In this document: positions 41,910 to 56,008 of the stretch, piece by piece | How positions within the stretch are numbered: the first letter of the stretch is position 1 | Layout: every line of letters begins with the position of its first letter | NCBI RefSeq assembly: GCF_006345805.1 | Contig: NC_042997.1 | Location: 34,162,001-34,226,000, forward strand | Reading direction: 5' to 3' | DNA length: 64,000 bases | From: Octopus sinensis | Lineage: Eukaryota | The notes under the pieces: model-generated | Told to the model about the DNA's origin: nothing | Databases searched by the model: none | The model's input: only the letters and a program-made list of their open reading frames with translations | Made by a program: the position numbers and the translations under genes

Positions 41910-42700
41910 GGCACAGGAGTGGCTGTGTGGTAAGTAGCTTGCTAACCAACCACATGGCTCCGGGTTCAGTCCCACTGCGTGGCATCTTGGGCAAGTGTCT
42001 TCTGCTATAGCCCCGGGCCGACCAATGCCTTGTGAGTGGATTTGGTAGACGGAAACTGAAAGAAGCCTGTCGTATATATGTATATATATATATATGTGTG
42101 TGTATGTGTGTGTGTTTGTGTGTTTGTCCCCCTCGCATTGCTTGACAACCGATGCTGGTGTGTTTACGTCCCCGTCACTTAGCGGTTCGGCAAAAAGAGA
42201 CCGATAGAATAAGTACTGGGCTTACAAAAGAATAAGTCCCGGGGTCGATTTGCTCGACTAAAGGCGGTGCTCCAGCATGGCCGCAGTCAAATGACTGAAA
42301 CAAGGAAAAGAGTAAAAGATAAAAGAAAGATAAAAAGATATTAGGTTTTGAATTAAAACACTGGATTTTAAACGTGGAGAAACTATAAGGCGTGACATTA
42401 ATGCCTTCGGAATAAGCGTTAATGCATACGTGAATGAATTGGCTTTAAAAAAGGATAGAACATTATAAGCCGAATCATGAGTTTGCAGGATGAGTACCGC
42501 CTTTATTATTGTTTCAGTCATTTGCCTGTGGACATGCTGGAGTACCGCCTTTAGTAGAGCAAATCTACCCCAGGACTTATTCTTTGTAAGCCTAGTACTT
42601 ATTATATCGGTCTCTTTTGCCGAACCGCTAAGTGACAGGGACGTAAACACACCAGCATCGGTTGTCAAGCGATGTTGGGGAGACACAGACACACAAACAT
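41910..42700. mobile_element. Complete C-(TA/TG)n-D SINE (plus, 41910-42325) and a tail-to-tail D half (minus, ~42495-42700)
   Basis: Near-identical to 26456-26860. Confidence 0.85.
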
Positions 42701-43827
42701 ATACACACACACATACATACATATATATACATCACAAGGGTGTATTAGAAGAAATTTTAGTTTTATGAATGGAAAAATACTGAAGAAGCGGTAACTTCCA
42801 AGAGATAAAGGTAAGTACCAAAAAAACAAGCGATAAACTCCCTGTAATTTTAAAGAGGAACTACCAATGAAAAACGGTAAGCGCCTGTAGAATAGAAACC
42901 ATAACGCAAATGGTTATAATTTACTTGCACTCGGGAAGTTATAATTGCACGATATTACACTGATAACTGTAATGAAAATATAAAAAAATTATGTGTAAAA
43001 TCAGAGCCTGACTACAATTAAAGATTATGTTTGCAACAGAGTTAATAGACCAGAGGCCTACGTTGACATAAAAATCATTTACGCATTTCGAAGTCCAAGC
43101 TATTTACAACTGAAACACCGCCCCGCCATAGAAGGTTTATTTCCTAGTACATTAACCAATAATTATCATAGATAATACGTTGTTAATTGTTTTATACTGA
43201 TTTAAATATGATTAACTTTCTCTTCAACTAACCTATTATTTTTATGTTCTGTTTTTACAAAGACACCAAAATACTGTTATTATCTTGTCTCTGATGTTTA
43301 CAATTTTGAAGATGGAGGTAGACTATAAATCTTTGGAACTTTTATGAATATACATTATAGAACTCGATGAATTTCATGAAAGAATTTCTGTGATATAAAA
43401 TATTTAAACTCGGCCATAAAATGTAATAAAAACAATAGTGTTTGATACAGAAATATTTTTTTCTCGCCGATAATTTTCTTTGTTATGAACAATATATACG
43501 TTCCTCTATAAAAATGCAAAACACCATTAAAAATCATTATATATATATATATATATATATATATGATACATCCCAATATTTCTTAGTTTAAAAGAGCTTT
43601 ATTATTTGGGCAGTGGGGTTATAAAAACCAACAAACTTTTGAACTATAAAACTTACGCATTTATGCTCAAATCAGGCTGAATTCATCTTTGAATAACACC
43701 CATTAAAGAAGCACGCATCTAGTACTGAGATCAATATGGTACCCCAAAGCCAACCAAATTGCCTCTCCTAAAACTAGTTGGCCTTCTGCCAATGTCACAA
43801 CTTATTATTATTATCATCATCATTATT

Positions 43828-44050
43828 AAGGCGGCGAACTGGCTGAATCGTCAGCACATCGAACAAAATGCTTAGCGGCACTTCGTCCGTCGTTACGTTT
43901 TGAGTTCAAATTTCACTGAGTTCAACTTTACCTTTCATCCTTTCAGAGTTGATAAATTGAGTGCTAGTGAAATACTGGGGTTGATATAATCGGCTAGTCC
44001 TCTCCCGCCAAATTTCAGGGCTTGTGCCTTTAGTAGAAATGATTATTATG
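43828..44050 (+). mobile_element. SINE B with short alternative tail
   Basis: B head, then GGCTAGTCCTCTCCCGCCAAATTTCAGGGCTTGTGCCTTTAGTAGAAA. Confidence 0.75.
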
Positions 44051-44392
44051 TTTTGGGATGTGGATAGGAAAATTGCTAGAGCAAGGGACACAATACCTTG
44101 CGGTATTTAATTGTGCTTCTCCTTATGGTGACAATTCAAATTCTGAGACTAAATATAATGACGAGTGATCCAGTATTGAGTATTTAATTGACTGTTCCTT
44201 TCCCTAACAACTTGTGATTTTGTGTCAATGTTAGGCAATATTATCATTCACAATAAGGCAGTAAGTTGGCAGAATCGTTAGCGCGCCAGGCAAAATGTTC
44301 AGCGGCATTTCGCCCGTCTTTACGTTCTGAGTTTAAATTCTGCCGAGGTCGACTTTACCTTTCACCGTCTTGGGGTCAATAAAATAAGCACC

Positions 44393-44994
44393 AAGGCGGC
44401 GAGCTGGCAGAAACGTTAGCACACCGGGCGAAATGCTTAGCTGTATTTCGTCTGTCGCTACGTTCTGAGTTCAAATTCCGCCGAGGTCGACTTAGCCTTT
44501 CATCCTTTCGGGGTCGATAAATTAAATACCTGTTACATACTGGGGTTTATGCAATCGACTTAATCCGTTTGTCTGTCCTTGTTTGTCCCCTTTGTGTTTA
44601 GCCCCTTGTGGGTAGTAAAGAAATAGGTATTTCGTCTGTCGCTACGTTCTGAGTTCAAATTCCGCCGAGGTCGACTTTGCCTTTCATCCTTTCGGGGTCG
44701 ATAAATTAAATACCTGTTACGCACTGGGGTCGATGCAATCGACTTAATCCGTTTGTCTGTCCTTGTTTGTTCCCTCTGTGTTTAGCCCCTTGTGGGTAGT
44801 AAAGAAATAGGTATTTCGTCTGTCGCTACGTTCTGAGTTCAAATTCCGCCGAGGTCGACTTGAACTTTCATCCTTTCGGGGTCGATAAATTAAGTACTTG
44901 TTACGCACTGGGGTCGATGCAATCGACTTAATCCGTTTGTCTGTCCTTGTTTGTTCCCTCTGTGTTTAGCCCCTTGTGGGCAATAAAGAAATAG
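44393..44994 (+). mobile_element. SINE B head-to-tail trimer (184-bp period), preceded by a partial copy at ~44255-44392
   Basis: Units start at 44443, 44627 and 44811. Only the first has the A-box head. Confidence 0.9.
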
Positions 44995-45460
44995 ATAAAA
45001 TAAGCACCAGTTGAACTCCAGGGCCGATGTAACCGATCATATATACCCTTCCCGAAATTGCTTGTCTTGTACCAAAATTTGAAATCAGTATTATTATTAA
45101 CCTGAAATTACATATGCGAACAGTTATGCTGTTGTTTTCATTGAAGAGGCAGCGTAAATATTTGCGAGGTGATTGATGCAATGAAAGTTAGCAGCAAACT
45201 GAGTCTGCAATATTCATTGATTACTTAGTTTTTAGCGTTATTTGAAATTGTCCTAATGCGTATGCCCCTGAAAAAAAAAAGGATACAAGGTTACAAAATC
45301 CATTTTAACACCTAAGTAAGACATCGATGTATGTATTTAGGAACTGGCCAGCACTGAAATGTAAGAATAAGCTCACTCTTAGCGTAGCTACTGATCAGAT
45401 TTGGTTTATTCGGTACAGCCATTTCACTTCTCACATGAAAATTTTTACCACCATTGTTTC

Positions 45461-46062
45461 TTATTTCTTTACAGCCCACAAGGGGCTACACACAGAGGGG
45501 ACAAACAAGGACAGACAAACGGACTAAGTCTAGTATATCGATCCCAGTGCATAACTGGTACTTATTTAATCAACTCCGAAAGGATGAAAGGCTAAGTCAA
45601 CCTCGGCGAAATTTGCACTCAGAACGTAGCGGCAAACGAAATACCTATTTCTTTACTACCCACAAGGGGCTAAACACAGAGAGGACAAACAAGGACAGAC
45701 AAACGGATTAAGTCGATTATATCGGCCCCAGTGCGTAACTGGTACTTAATTTATCGACCACGAAAGGATGAAAGGCAAAGTCAACCTCGGCGGAATTTGA
45801 GCTCAGAACGTAGCGGCAAACGAAATACATATTTCTTTACTACCCACAAGGGGCTAGAGATAGAGGGGACAAACAAGGACAGACAAGCGGATTAAGTTGA
45901 TTACATCGACCCCAGTGCGTAACTGGTACTTACTTAATCGACCCCAAAAGGATGAAAGGCAAAGTCGACTTCGGCGGAATTTGAACTCAGAACGTAGCGG
46001 CAGACGAAATACCGCTAAACATTTCGCTCGGCGTGCTAACGTTTCTGCCAGCTCGCCGCCTT
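45461..46062 (-). mobile_element. SINE B head-to-tail trimer (184-bp period), opposite orientation
   Basis: Unit boundaries at 46012, 45828 and 45644; head at 46062. Confidence 0.9.
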
Positions 46063-46157
46063 TTTAAACCATTGTTTCTATTCTCTCTCTTAATTTAAAT
46101 TAAAGATTTTTCAGCTGTAATCTGCATGCTCTTTAAATATACATTATACTTTATATA

Positions 46158-46478
46158 GTGAGGGCGCGTGGCTTAGTGGTTAGGGCATTCGGCTCATGAT
46201 CGTAAGGTTGTGAGTTCGATTCCCGGCGACGCGTTGTGTCCTTGAGCAAGACACTTTATTTCACGTTGCTCCAGTCCACTCAGCTGGCAAAAATGAGTTG
46301 TACTTGTATTTCAAAGGGTCAGCCTTGTCACTCTCTGTGTCACGCTGATTATCCCCGAGAACTACGTTAAGGGTACACGTGTCTGTGGAATGCTCAGCCA
46401 TTTGCACGTTAATTTCACGAGAAAGCTGTTCCGTTGATCGTATCAGCTGGGACCCTCGTCGTCGTAACCGGCGGAGTC
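46158..46478 (+). mobile_element. SINE family A2 (alternative head and core, tail shared with family A)
   Basis: From GTATTTCAAAGGG...CCTTGTCACTCTCTGTGTCACGCTG onward it matches family A. The 5' half matches the 17886 copy. Confidence 0.85.
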
Positions 46479-48244
46479 TTTTTTTAATACTTTATATATA
46501 TTTATTTCCTCTTTTTTCTTATGTAATGCAATTTTGTTGCCAAGTTATACCTATAAGTACTTCTGAAAATCACTAATTTAAGCTCATAAAACTTTTATAA
46601 AAATTTCCGTGTTTTTGATATTTATTTTAGCCCAACAAACTAGATTGGTTGGGCTATTGATATAAAGTGTATTAACTACAATCTCAACAATATACAGCGG
46701 GTGGATACGAATCACTATACCCTCGGGTAACAACCCGGAACTCCATCAAATACTTTCTGATATCAACTACTCCCTGCTACAGCCGAAAATAATAAACAAA
46801 AGACTTTCTGTAATTACTAAAGCATCATTAAGTGAGCATTGAATGATTGATTTAAAAAAAAAAAATCTTTGTCAAGTGTATGTTATCTTAGTAGAAGTTA
46901 TATCAATACCTCACACTGATTAAGTCAAGAAATCAAACTGTTGATTAAATGAAATTTACTAACAGAAATTTACCTCCATAAATTTGTAGCTTAAAAATTA
47001 AATGAAATAACTCAAGAAGGGGATTAAAACTGGATGCACTGTCGATTCTTAGATTAACCTACCAACCGTCAAAGTAGAAATAAATCTTACATTTTTTTGT
47101 AGAAAAGGTAGCGTAGTTGGTTGCTAGTATTTTATAGACTCCTAGAGATTGAAATTTCATAATCTAGAAGACAGAAGATTTAGTACGTATCTTAATACAA
47201 GTCATTTAGTATAATGATATACTTGTCTGCTAAATCATCACGCTAACGTATGCCGTTAAGTACAATACTTTGATATGATATACGAGATAGGCTCCTTATA
47301 TCTTTCAGTTGTTCTTGGTGAGTTATCGTCGGGAGAGACAGTTCAGATTTTTGGAATTTAGTAAATTGTTATTTTTTTATAGCAGAAAAGATAGTTTTCT
47401 CCATTTTGAATTTAATCAACTTATTGAAAGTTTGCCATAACGTTATTGGAAATGTGAGTTTCATTATTGAAAACCTACTTTGAATGTTTAGTTAATAATA
47501 AATCATTGGCTGACGGTTCTCCGGATATATTGGAAGATGCATGTCTATTGATTCTTTCTTTCTTTTCGTTACTGCTAAAGTAATTTGCTTTGTGGTTACT
47601 TTCTTTCTTTTTTTTTCAAATTCCAATTTGCAATGAACTAACTACATTATCAAGAAAAAAAGAAGGAGAATGATAGGCCATATTTTAAATTAACAGAAAT
47701 GTGGGGAACATTAAATTTTAAATACTTCATGACATAAATTGAATTTTGCTAGATTATTCCCCACCGTAGAAAGAACACATCAACAACCACACGGTGAGTC
47801 GATTAAGAAGTCTACTTATATGATATTTCTTAAAGCGCCTTCCACAAGAATAGCTGTATGTATATTTGTATGACCTGCTTACACAGAAAAAAATGATGTC
47901 TGCCGTAAAGAAAGAAGCAAACTCCAGTCAATATGAATTTCTGTTCCGGCTCCGATTCCTGATTGGAAACGCCATTTCACGTGTACCATTACTGTTTCTG
48001 GTAAAAAAAAATATATAATGTATGTACCTAGATATCTAACTAATGTTTCTTTTAAAGTATTGGATTCTTTACAATACAGGAATAGGAAAATGGAGCGTAT
48101 GAGATTCAAGTTTTAACAATATTTTATGGCTGCAAGTAAAAAAATGCTTTAGTTCCAATCTTTACAGGTTTTACGACTCATAGGCAAATCGTATAAATGA
48201 CAACTTCGAAATTAAGAGAGAGATTCTTGACCAATTGTTTTTTG

Positions 48245-48281
<37 letters not shown>

Positions 48282-48575
48282 CTAATATACTCACTAACCT
48301 GCTCCGGGTGTCAAGAGCAGTACATAGGCCAAACAAAAAATGGTTTGCGTAAACGAATGGCCCTGCACAGATCCCAGATAAAAATTCCCCAAAACAGAAA
48401 AATAGCTTTTAGCCAACACATAGATACTTGCGCCAACAAAAAAACACCAAACTTCAGAATTTTCCCCCTCTACCAATTTAGGGACGATACAACCTCGAGA
48501 CAAAGAATAAGTAAAGAAAATCTCTTTATTACAAAATACAAGCCACTTCTTAACGGGTCTACGACAAACAATTAA
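48282..48575 (+). pseudogene. Penelope-like GIY-YIG endonuclease domain, 5'-truncated, frame open to the stop
   Basis: In-frame upstream extension of the track ORF gives LIYSLTCSGCQEQYIGQTKNGLRKRMALHRSQI...FSQHIDTC...KENLFITKYKPLLN. This contains the IY-x-L-x-CxxC...YIGQT...R...H GIY-YIG motif. Confidence 0.85.
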
Positions 48576-49280
48576 TATACCTCAACTTTAGAATAAAAGA
48601 AAAAAATATATATACACACACAAATACTACACTCCATAGAATCCATTACTAATCAGCCCCTTCATAGCTATATTTACACCCATTCATATTCTCCCTTCTC
48701 TTTTTTTTTCTTCTTCTTCTTCTTCATCATCATCGTTATCATCATCATCGGCGTCATCATCATCGCCACCATCATCACCACCATCTTCTCCCCTCTCCTC
48801 CTTCTTCTTCTTCATCATCATCGTTATCATCATCATCGTCGTCATAATCATCACCACCATCACCATCATCTTCTCCTTCTCCTTCTCCTTCTCCTTCTCC
48901 TTCTTCTTCTTCGTCTTCTTCTTCTTCTCCACCCCTACCCCTTAAGTTTGTCACTAATGTTTTTTAGTATAACACCTACGCTAATTCTATAAACAAGCCT
49001 GTCAATATAAATATTCTCCTGAATTGAACTGAGACTGCCAGCCGCCACTGACCATTCAAAATACGACCATCAGGGCACTCCCAGATTCTCCCACCCCCCT
49101 TTCCTCACCAGCCTTCCCTCTACTACCCTACCAAGAACTCACAACTACCTCGAACACACAAGTGCAAACAAGGGAGTCAGAGAAAGGCAGAATGCCACTT
49201 AAATCTGAACACTACTATAGAAATATTCTTTTAAGAAAACTTTTCTTCTAATTTTTCTAAGTTTAATTATTTAATCGTTA

Positions 49281-49318
49281 CAGTTGAAAAGGTCTCAAAA
49301 TGACCGAAACCGGTACTG
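49281..49318 (+). ncRNA. Degenerate minimal hammerhead motif downstream of the GIY-YIG ORF
   Basis: CAG-TTGAAAA-GGTC tcaaaat GACC-GAAA-CCGG-TA-CTG. The helices are intact and helix III is the palindromic ACCGGT. The core deviates at C3 and G8. Confidence 0.5.
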
Positions 49319-49440
49319 AAATGTTCACTATAAAATTATTTTAGCATTTTCTATTTTTTACTTGTTTTTTCATATATATATATATATATATATATACAAC
49401 CCCACCATTTATTGATTTATATATATATATATATATATAT

Positions 49441-49501
49441 CAGGTAGTGCTATTAAGTTAGACACGGCCTGGACCAATCTTTGGTCGAAAGTTATCTAAG
49501 T

Positions 49502-49503
<2 letters not shown>
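49441..49503 (+). mobile_element. 63-bp 3' end of the same LINE family as 40089-41268
   Basis: CAGGTAGTGCTATTAAGTTAGACACGGCCTGGACCAATCTTTGGTCGAAAGTTATCTAAGTTA matches the reverse complement of about 40089-40162. Embedded in (TA)n. Confidence 0.85.
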
Positions 49504-49535
<32 letters not shown>

Positions 49536-49546
49536 ATTATATATTA

Positions 49547-49582
<36 letters not shown>

Positions 49583-49616
49583 TGTATTTATGTATTATAT
49601 ATATATTATATATATA

Positions 49617-49672
49617 TATATATTAGAAGAAATGAGGTAATAATACCTGTACCTCATTTCTTCTAATATATA
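49617..49672. repeat. Perfect 23-bp-arm hairpin
   Basis: TATATATTAGAAGAAATGAGGTA, a 10-nt loop, then TACCTCATTTCTTCTAATATATA. Confidence 0.9.
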
Positions 49673-49706
49673 ATACCTGTACATTCATTTCCAACCTTCC
49701 AATATA

Positions 49707-49763
<57 letters not shown>

Positions 49764-50941
49764 ATATATTATATATATATATGTATATATATAAGTATAT
49801 ATATATATATAATCGATTTTGATTTTGTCATGGATTCTGTCTGAGATTTGCAGCCTTGTAATATATTTTCTTATATAAATTTTATATGAATGCTGTTATG
49901 TGTAGTCCTAATATATATTGTATTTCTTAAAGTTAATGTCGCCAGTTATTATATGTTCCTATATCCCATATTACCTCCGCCATTCATAGAATATTACGAA
50001 GAACTCAAGCGCCGAAAGTCTACTGTTATATGGATGATCTTATAACATTTTAGACAATTTGGTGGTTTTCTTTTGCTATATTTCCTCCTTTCAATCTAAT
50101 CTTTGACGAAGCTGATCTACTTTACAATATTCGATTTAGCGCCTCATTTTAGTTCGGAAGATATTCAAAATATATTTATCGTTTCTATTACTGCAAGAAT
50201 CATATCTTACTTCGCAGAAGGATTGTAAATTCTAGTTATTATCACATCAATAATATTTTCTTCACCAACATCTTCAGGAAGATGGTGCTCCATATTTTTA
50301 GAATAATGCAGATTTTTTAAACTTAAAGGTAAACTTTTATATATCTCTTCAGTCTTGCTAAAATCTTTTGCTTCATCTGAACTCCCTCAATTTTTTGCTT
50401 TTCTTGAATTTTTCAGAATCATCGACAGAAACCTTGAGTCTTGATTTCTGCCTAGTCCTGATCATACCTAGTTCTTAATTTATTGTGCTTGCCATACTCT
50501 TTAGAACTATTAAAATTCGATAAGATGTTGAAGATTGTTCAGGCAGTTCGATTCATTTTCAAATTAGTCGATTTAACGTATCCAGTTCAATTCTTTATTG
50601 TGAACATACCAATGGTTCGACTTTGAAATTAATTTTGTTCAAAATAATGAAATAAGTACCAATACTCTACGGAAGTCGATTTGATTATCTATGTCCCCAT
50701 TTACTGTACAAAACTGCCCTTGAGCCTAATAAAAAGAAAATATAACTTATGTTGTAAAAACACAGAATTAGATATAGTAAAGATTTTCGATGGCATAGAG
50801 TGAAGCGAATTTCCAAAAAAGCCGAAATTTCAAAATACATTTCTCATTCACAGCTGGAACAAATTCATTGAGTTTATGATATTAGGAGTCAAAATTGTAT
50901 GATCTTTTTTATGAATATAAGAAAGACCTTTCCTAACTATA

Positions 50942-52538
50942 CAGTTGCGGCCAAGATGTTAAGAACGGCATTGTTTTCGTCAGAAAATTAGGTATACGTT
51001 TTTATCAAAGTTATTTTATATTCTATAATTTTCACAGACAATAAATACAATATTAATTATTATTGTCTGAGATTTTGGTGTAATTTGAGAGGATAATACA
51101 AAAGTTATGGATGATTTAGTGATTTACTGCAAAATCCATGGCGGCCAAAATGATCAGAACGGTTGAAAAAATAACAAAATAATCAAAAATGACAGAGAAT
51201 ACTGGAATTATTTAATATTTAGTGTGAAGCCCTTTAGCTTCAATCACACTGTGACGTCTTCGACTGCATGAGGAAATTAAATTTTCAATTTCTTGCTGGG
51301 TGATCTTATTCAATTTTCTTCCTGATGGGCATTCCATAATTGCTCGGTTGTTTTAGGATTTCTGACTTTCGAACGTTCTCCTAGAATATTCCACACATTT
51401 TCAATAGGATTGAGATCTGGGCTTTGAGCAGGCCAATCCATAACAATAATCTTTTCAGCCTTGAGAAAGTTCATGACCACCTTAGCCTTGTGACATGGGG
51501 CATTGTCCTGCATGAATATGGGTGGTCACTTAGTTGAATTTCTCAGCACAGGCAAGACATGATCTTTTACAACTTGTTTATAAACTCTTGCATTTAACTT
51601 TCCATGTAATCGCACCAAAGGGCCCACACCATCTCCAAATATCATCCCCCAAACCATGACACTTCCTCCACCGAATTTAACACTAGTCTTAAGGCATTTA
51701 GGCAACAATTTTTCACCTCCTGAGCCAAATAACATAAACTTAGATTCGTCACTGAAATGCACCGTTTGCCATTTTTCTTGAGACCACAACACATGTTCTG
51801 TTGCAAAGGAAAGACGACACTTTTTATTCTTGGAGCTGATCAGTGGCTTCACTGCATGTGCTCTTGCTTGTAGGTCATGTTCAACTAAACGAGGAGACAG
51901 TTTTTCGAGATAAAGTTTTCTACAATACAATGCTCATTTCCCGAGAAACAGCAGTAGCAGTTTTAAATCTGTCCTTTTTAACCAACTTTACCATAGCACG
52001 ATCTTCTCTCTTGGTCGTCTTTCTTGGCCTACCTGTAGATTTTCTTGCTTCACACGAACCACAATCATCGTAGACCTTAAGAATACCGTGAACAACACTT
52101 TTTCACTTGTTAACAATCTTTGCAATAGACCCAATACTTAAATTATCCTCTTTCGAAGCTTAATAATCTACTGACGAATTGGTAACGGAGTAAGTGGCAT
52201 TATATTAACAAAGTACACTGCAGATAATCTTACTAATGTTTAGTAAACGAACCGTCAGGCAAACAAATTCAAAACATTAGAGTTCACCGGTTAAATATAC
52301 TAAAACACGGAGTAAAAGCAACCGTTCTGATCATTTTGGGCCGCCATGGGTTTTGCAGTAAATCATTAAATCATCCATGACTTTTGTATTATTCTCTCAA
52401 ATTACACCAAGATCTCAGACAATAACAATTAATATCGTATTTATTGTCCGTGAAAATTATAGAAACTAAAACAACTTTGATAAAAACTTATACCTACTTT
52501 TCTGACAAAAACAATGCCGTTCTGAACATTTTGGCCGC

Positions 52539-52543
<5 letters not shown>
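50942..52543 (-). mobile_element. Full-length Tc1-family DNA transposon with ~225-bp IR/DR-type TIRs
   Basis: TIRs at 50942-51165 and 52319-52543, starting TA|CAGTTGCGGCC. Each carries an inner direct repeat GCGGCCAAAATGATCAGAACGG. Length about 1.6 kb, with TA flanks. Confidence 0.93.
51212..52200 (-). pseudogene. Tc1 transposase (DD34E), inactivated
   Basis: ATG at 52200; GRPRKTT; HFSDESKF; QDNAPCH, 34 aa, then WPAQSPDLNPIE; ends GLHTKY*. Several stops and frameshifts. Confidence 0.92.
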
Positions 52544-52585
<42 letters not shown>

Positions 52586-53444
52586 ACAGCTACCAAATGA
52601 AAGAAAACAGTAATTATAAGATTGTGTCTTTAAATCTTTCAGCAGAAGGAAAGTCCCTTCATACCCATACTTAATCAATGACAGCGTTTTGGGAGAAAAT
52701 GCCACCCACCCAAAAAAGCAAAGAAGCCATAATTCATTTTTATATTTAAGCATGAAATTACCTATCCAATGTGCACGTGGATAATACTATCCTCATCAAC
52801 ACTTCTACAGCTACTGGTATTAATGTTACTACTGCTGCCAACTCATAACATTTGAGTTATATGAGTTTTGTGCTTTGGGTGCGCCAATAGCTATAATTAA
52901 TACAGTGTATTCAACAATGAAATAATAATATAGGAAGAGCAGGTGTTCAGATGTAGAATGGAGAGGCCTAACTCATTATAAAATTCATGTGACTGGACGT
53001 GTTTGAGTGTGTGCGTGCGAGTGTTTAAATGAATGCGTGTGTTTATGCGTGTGTGTGTGTGTGTGTTTGTGTGTGTGTGTTGTGTGCATGTGGTGAATAT
53101 CAACTTCAATTACATTGAGATTATGCTATTATATAACTAACGTTTGCATTCGATTCAAGTGTTGTAAACTATAGAATGAATGTGATTCACAAGTGTATAC
53201 ATGCGTGCACACATATACGCATACATACATTGATGGTGTCGCAAACATAGTAACGTACAAGCATATATAAATATATATATATATATTTATAACGATTCTA
53301 CTTATCTCTCTATATGTCTGTATTGTTAAAAAATTTTACACCTATATATATATATATATATATTATATAAATCCACACACTTCTCATATATCAACATATA
53401 TGGACAAGTAAGCATACATACATATGCGCATGCATACGTGTCTG

Positions 53445-54790
<1,346 letters not shown>

Positions 54791-55003
54791 AATAAACACA
54801 TAGTTATATCTCTCTCTATATATTACGTGTATACATACACCTATACCTGCATGCATCTCTATGCATATGGAATAATATACATACGTACGCATATACAGAC
54901 ATTTGCAAGTACATATTGTACACACACATATATCTATATCTCTCTGTACACACACACACACACACATATATATATACATACACACACGCATATATATATA
55001 TAT

Positions 55004-55036
<33 letters not shown>

Positions 55037-55433
55037 TTGTGTACACAAATACACGCAAACGCACACACACTCTGACATATGTATAAAATGAATGAAGAAG
55101 GGGATACTTATGGAAGAACACATTATGAAGCCATATAAAACAGGATATTCAAAGTATTGATAGTGGGAATGAAAAAAATATTTTAAAAACCGTGTCCACA
55201 AAACGTGCCCCGCTCCATTAAAGCAATAACTGGTCGTAGTTTGGAGAGGCTCACCATTGGCAGACTGACAGCGTCCATCTCGAAACACTGGTCTGGTCTT
55301 TGAATGAAAGAATGTTCTGTCTGTTAGCTGCATAGTTTCAATAAAACGTGTATTTGTGTATAAGTACACACACAATTATAATTAAGGGCATAGAAAGAAA
55401 TTTTCTAGCTTATATGCTGTAAGTAGACGTAAT

Positions 55434-55475
<42 letters not shown>

Positions 55476-55619
55476 GATAAATATCAAAGTGAGTTATATA
55501 CTAGCGGTAACACATCGTGACGTATTTTTGCCATTTCAATATGGCTAACCCCTAAGGGTGGATGCTACTGTAGTTTTTAGCCCCAGGAGGACACACTTCT
55601 CGGCGACAACTATGATTGT

Positions 55620-55663
55620 CACACGCTGACGAGAGGTCAATACCTCGAAACTCGATCCGTGTG
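55620..55663 (+). ncRNA. Hammerhead ribozyme copy 1 (lacks G16.2)
   Basis: CACACG-CTGACGA-GAGG tcaata CCTC-GAAA-CTCGA-TC-CGTGTG; one base shorter than copy 2. Confidence 0.7.
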
Positions 55664-55963
55664 TATCAACTGAAGACGGGAAGGATGACTTCCTTTGCAA
55701 ATACTGACAGGACACAGATAGTGTGTCTATGCCAGCTGGAGGAGTGTGTCCTCCTGGGGCTAAAAACTACAGTAGCATCCACCCTTAGGGGTTAGCCATA
55801 TTGAAATGGCAAAAATACGTCACGATGTGTTAGCGCTACTGTATATAATCACTTTGATATTTATCATTGTTTGATTTCACTTTTTCAATATCAGCGACAG
55901 TGGGCGCTGAAAAAGTATAAGTATTTGTGAAGGAATCTAATTCTCGGCGACAACTATGATTGT

Positions 55964-56008
55964 CACACGCTGACGAGAGGTCAATACCTCGAAACTCGAG
56001 TCCGTGTG
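55964..56008 (+). ncRNA. Type I minimal hammerhead ribozyme, complete core; predicted cleavage after C56002 (GUC)
   Basis: CACACG-CTGACGA-GAGG tcaata CCTC-GAAA-CTCGAG-TC-CGTGTG. Helix I is 6 bp, helix II 4 bp with G10.1-C11.1, and helix III the self-complementary ACTCGAGT. Confidence 0.9.

Noticed and set aside
44443-44994. Regular direct repeats (CRISPR-like?)
   Set aside because: 184-bp SINE units without unique spacers, no cas genes, and eukaryotic context.
55260-55300. CTGACAG...GAAACACTGGTC hammerhead-like string
   Set aside because: The core is wrong at G8/A9 and helices I and II do not pair.
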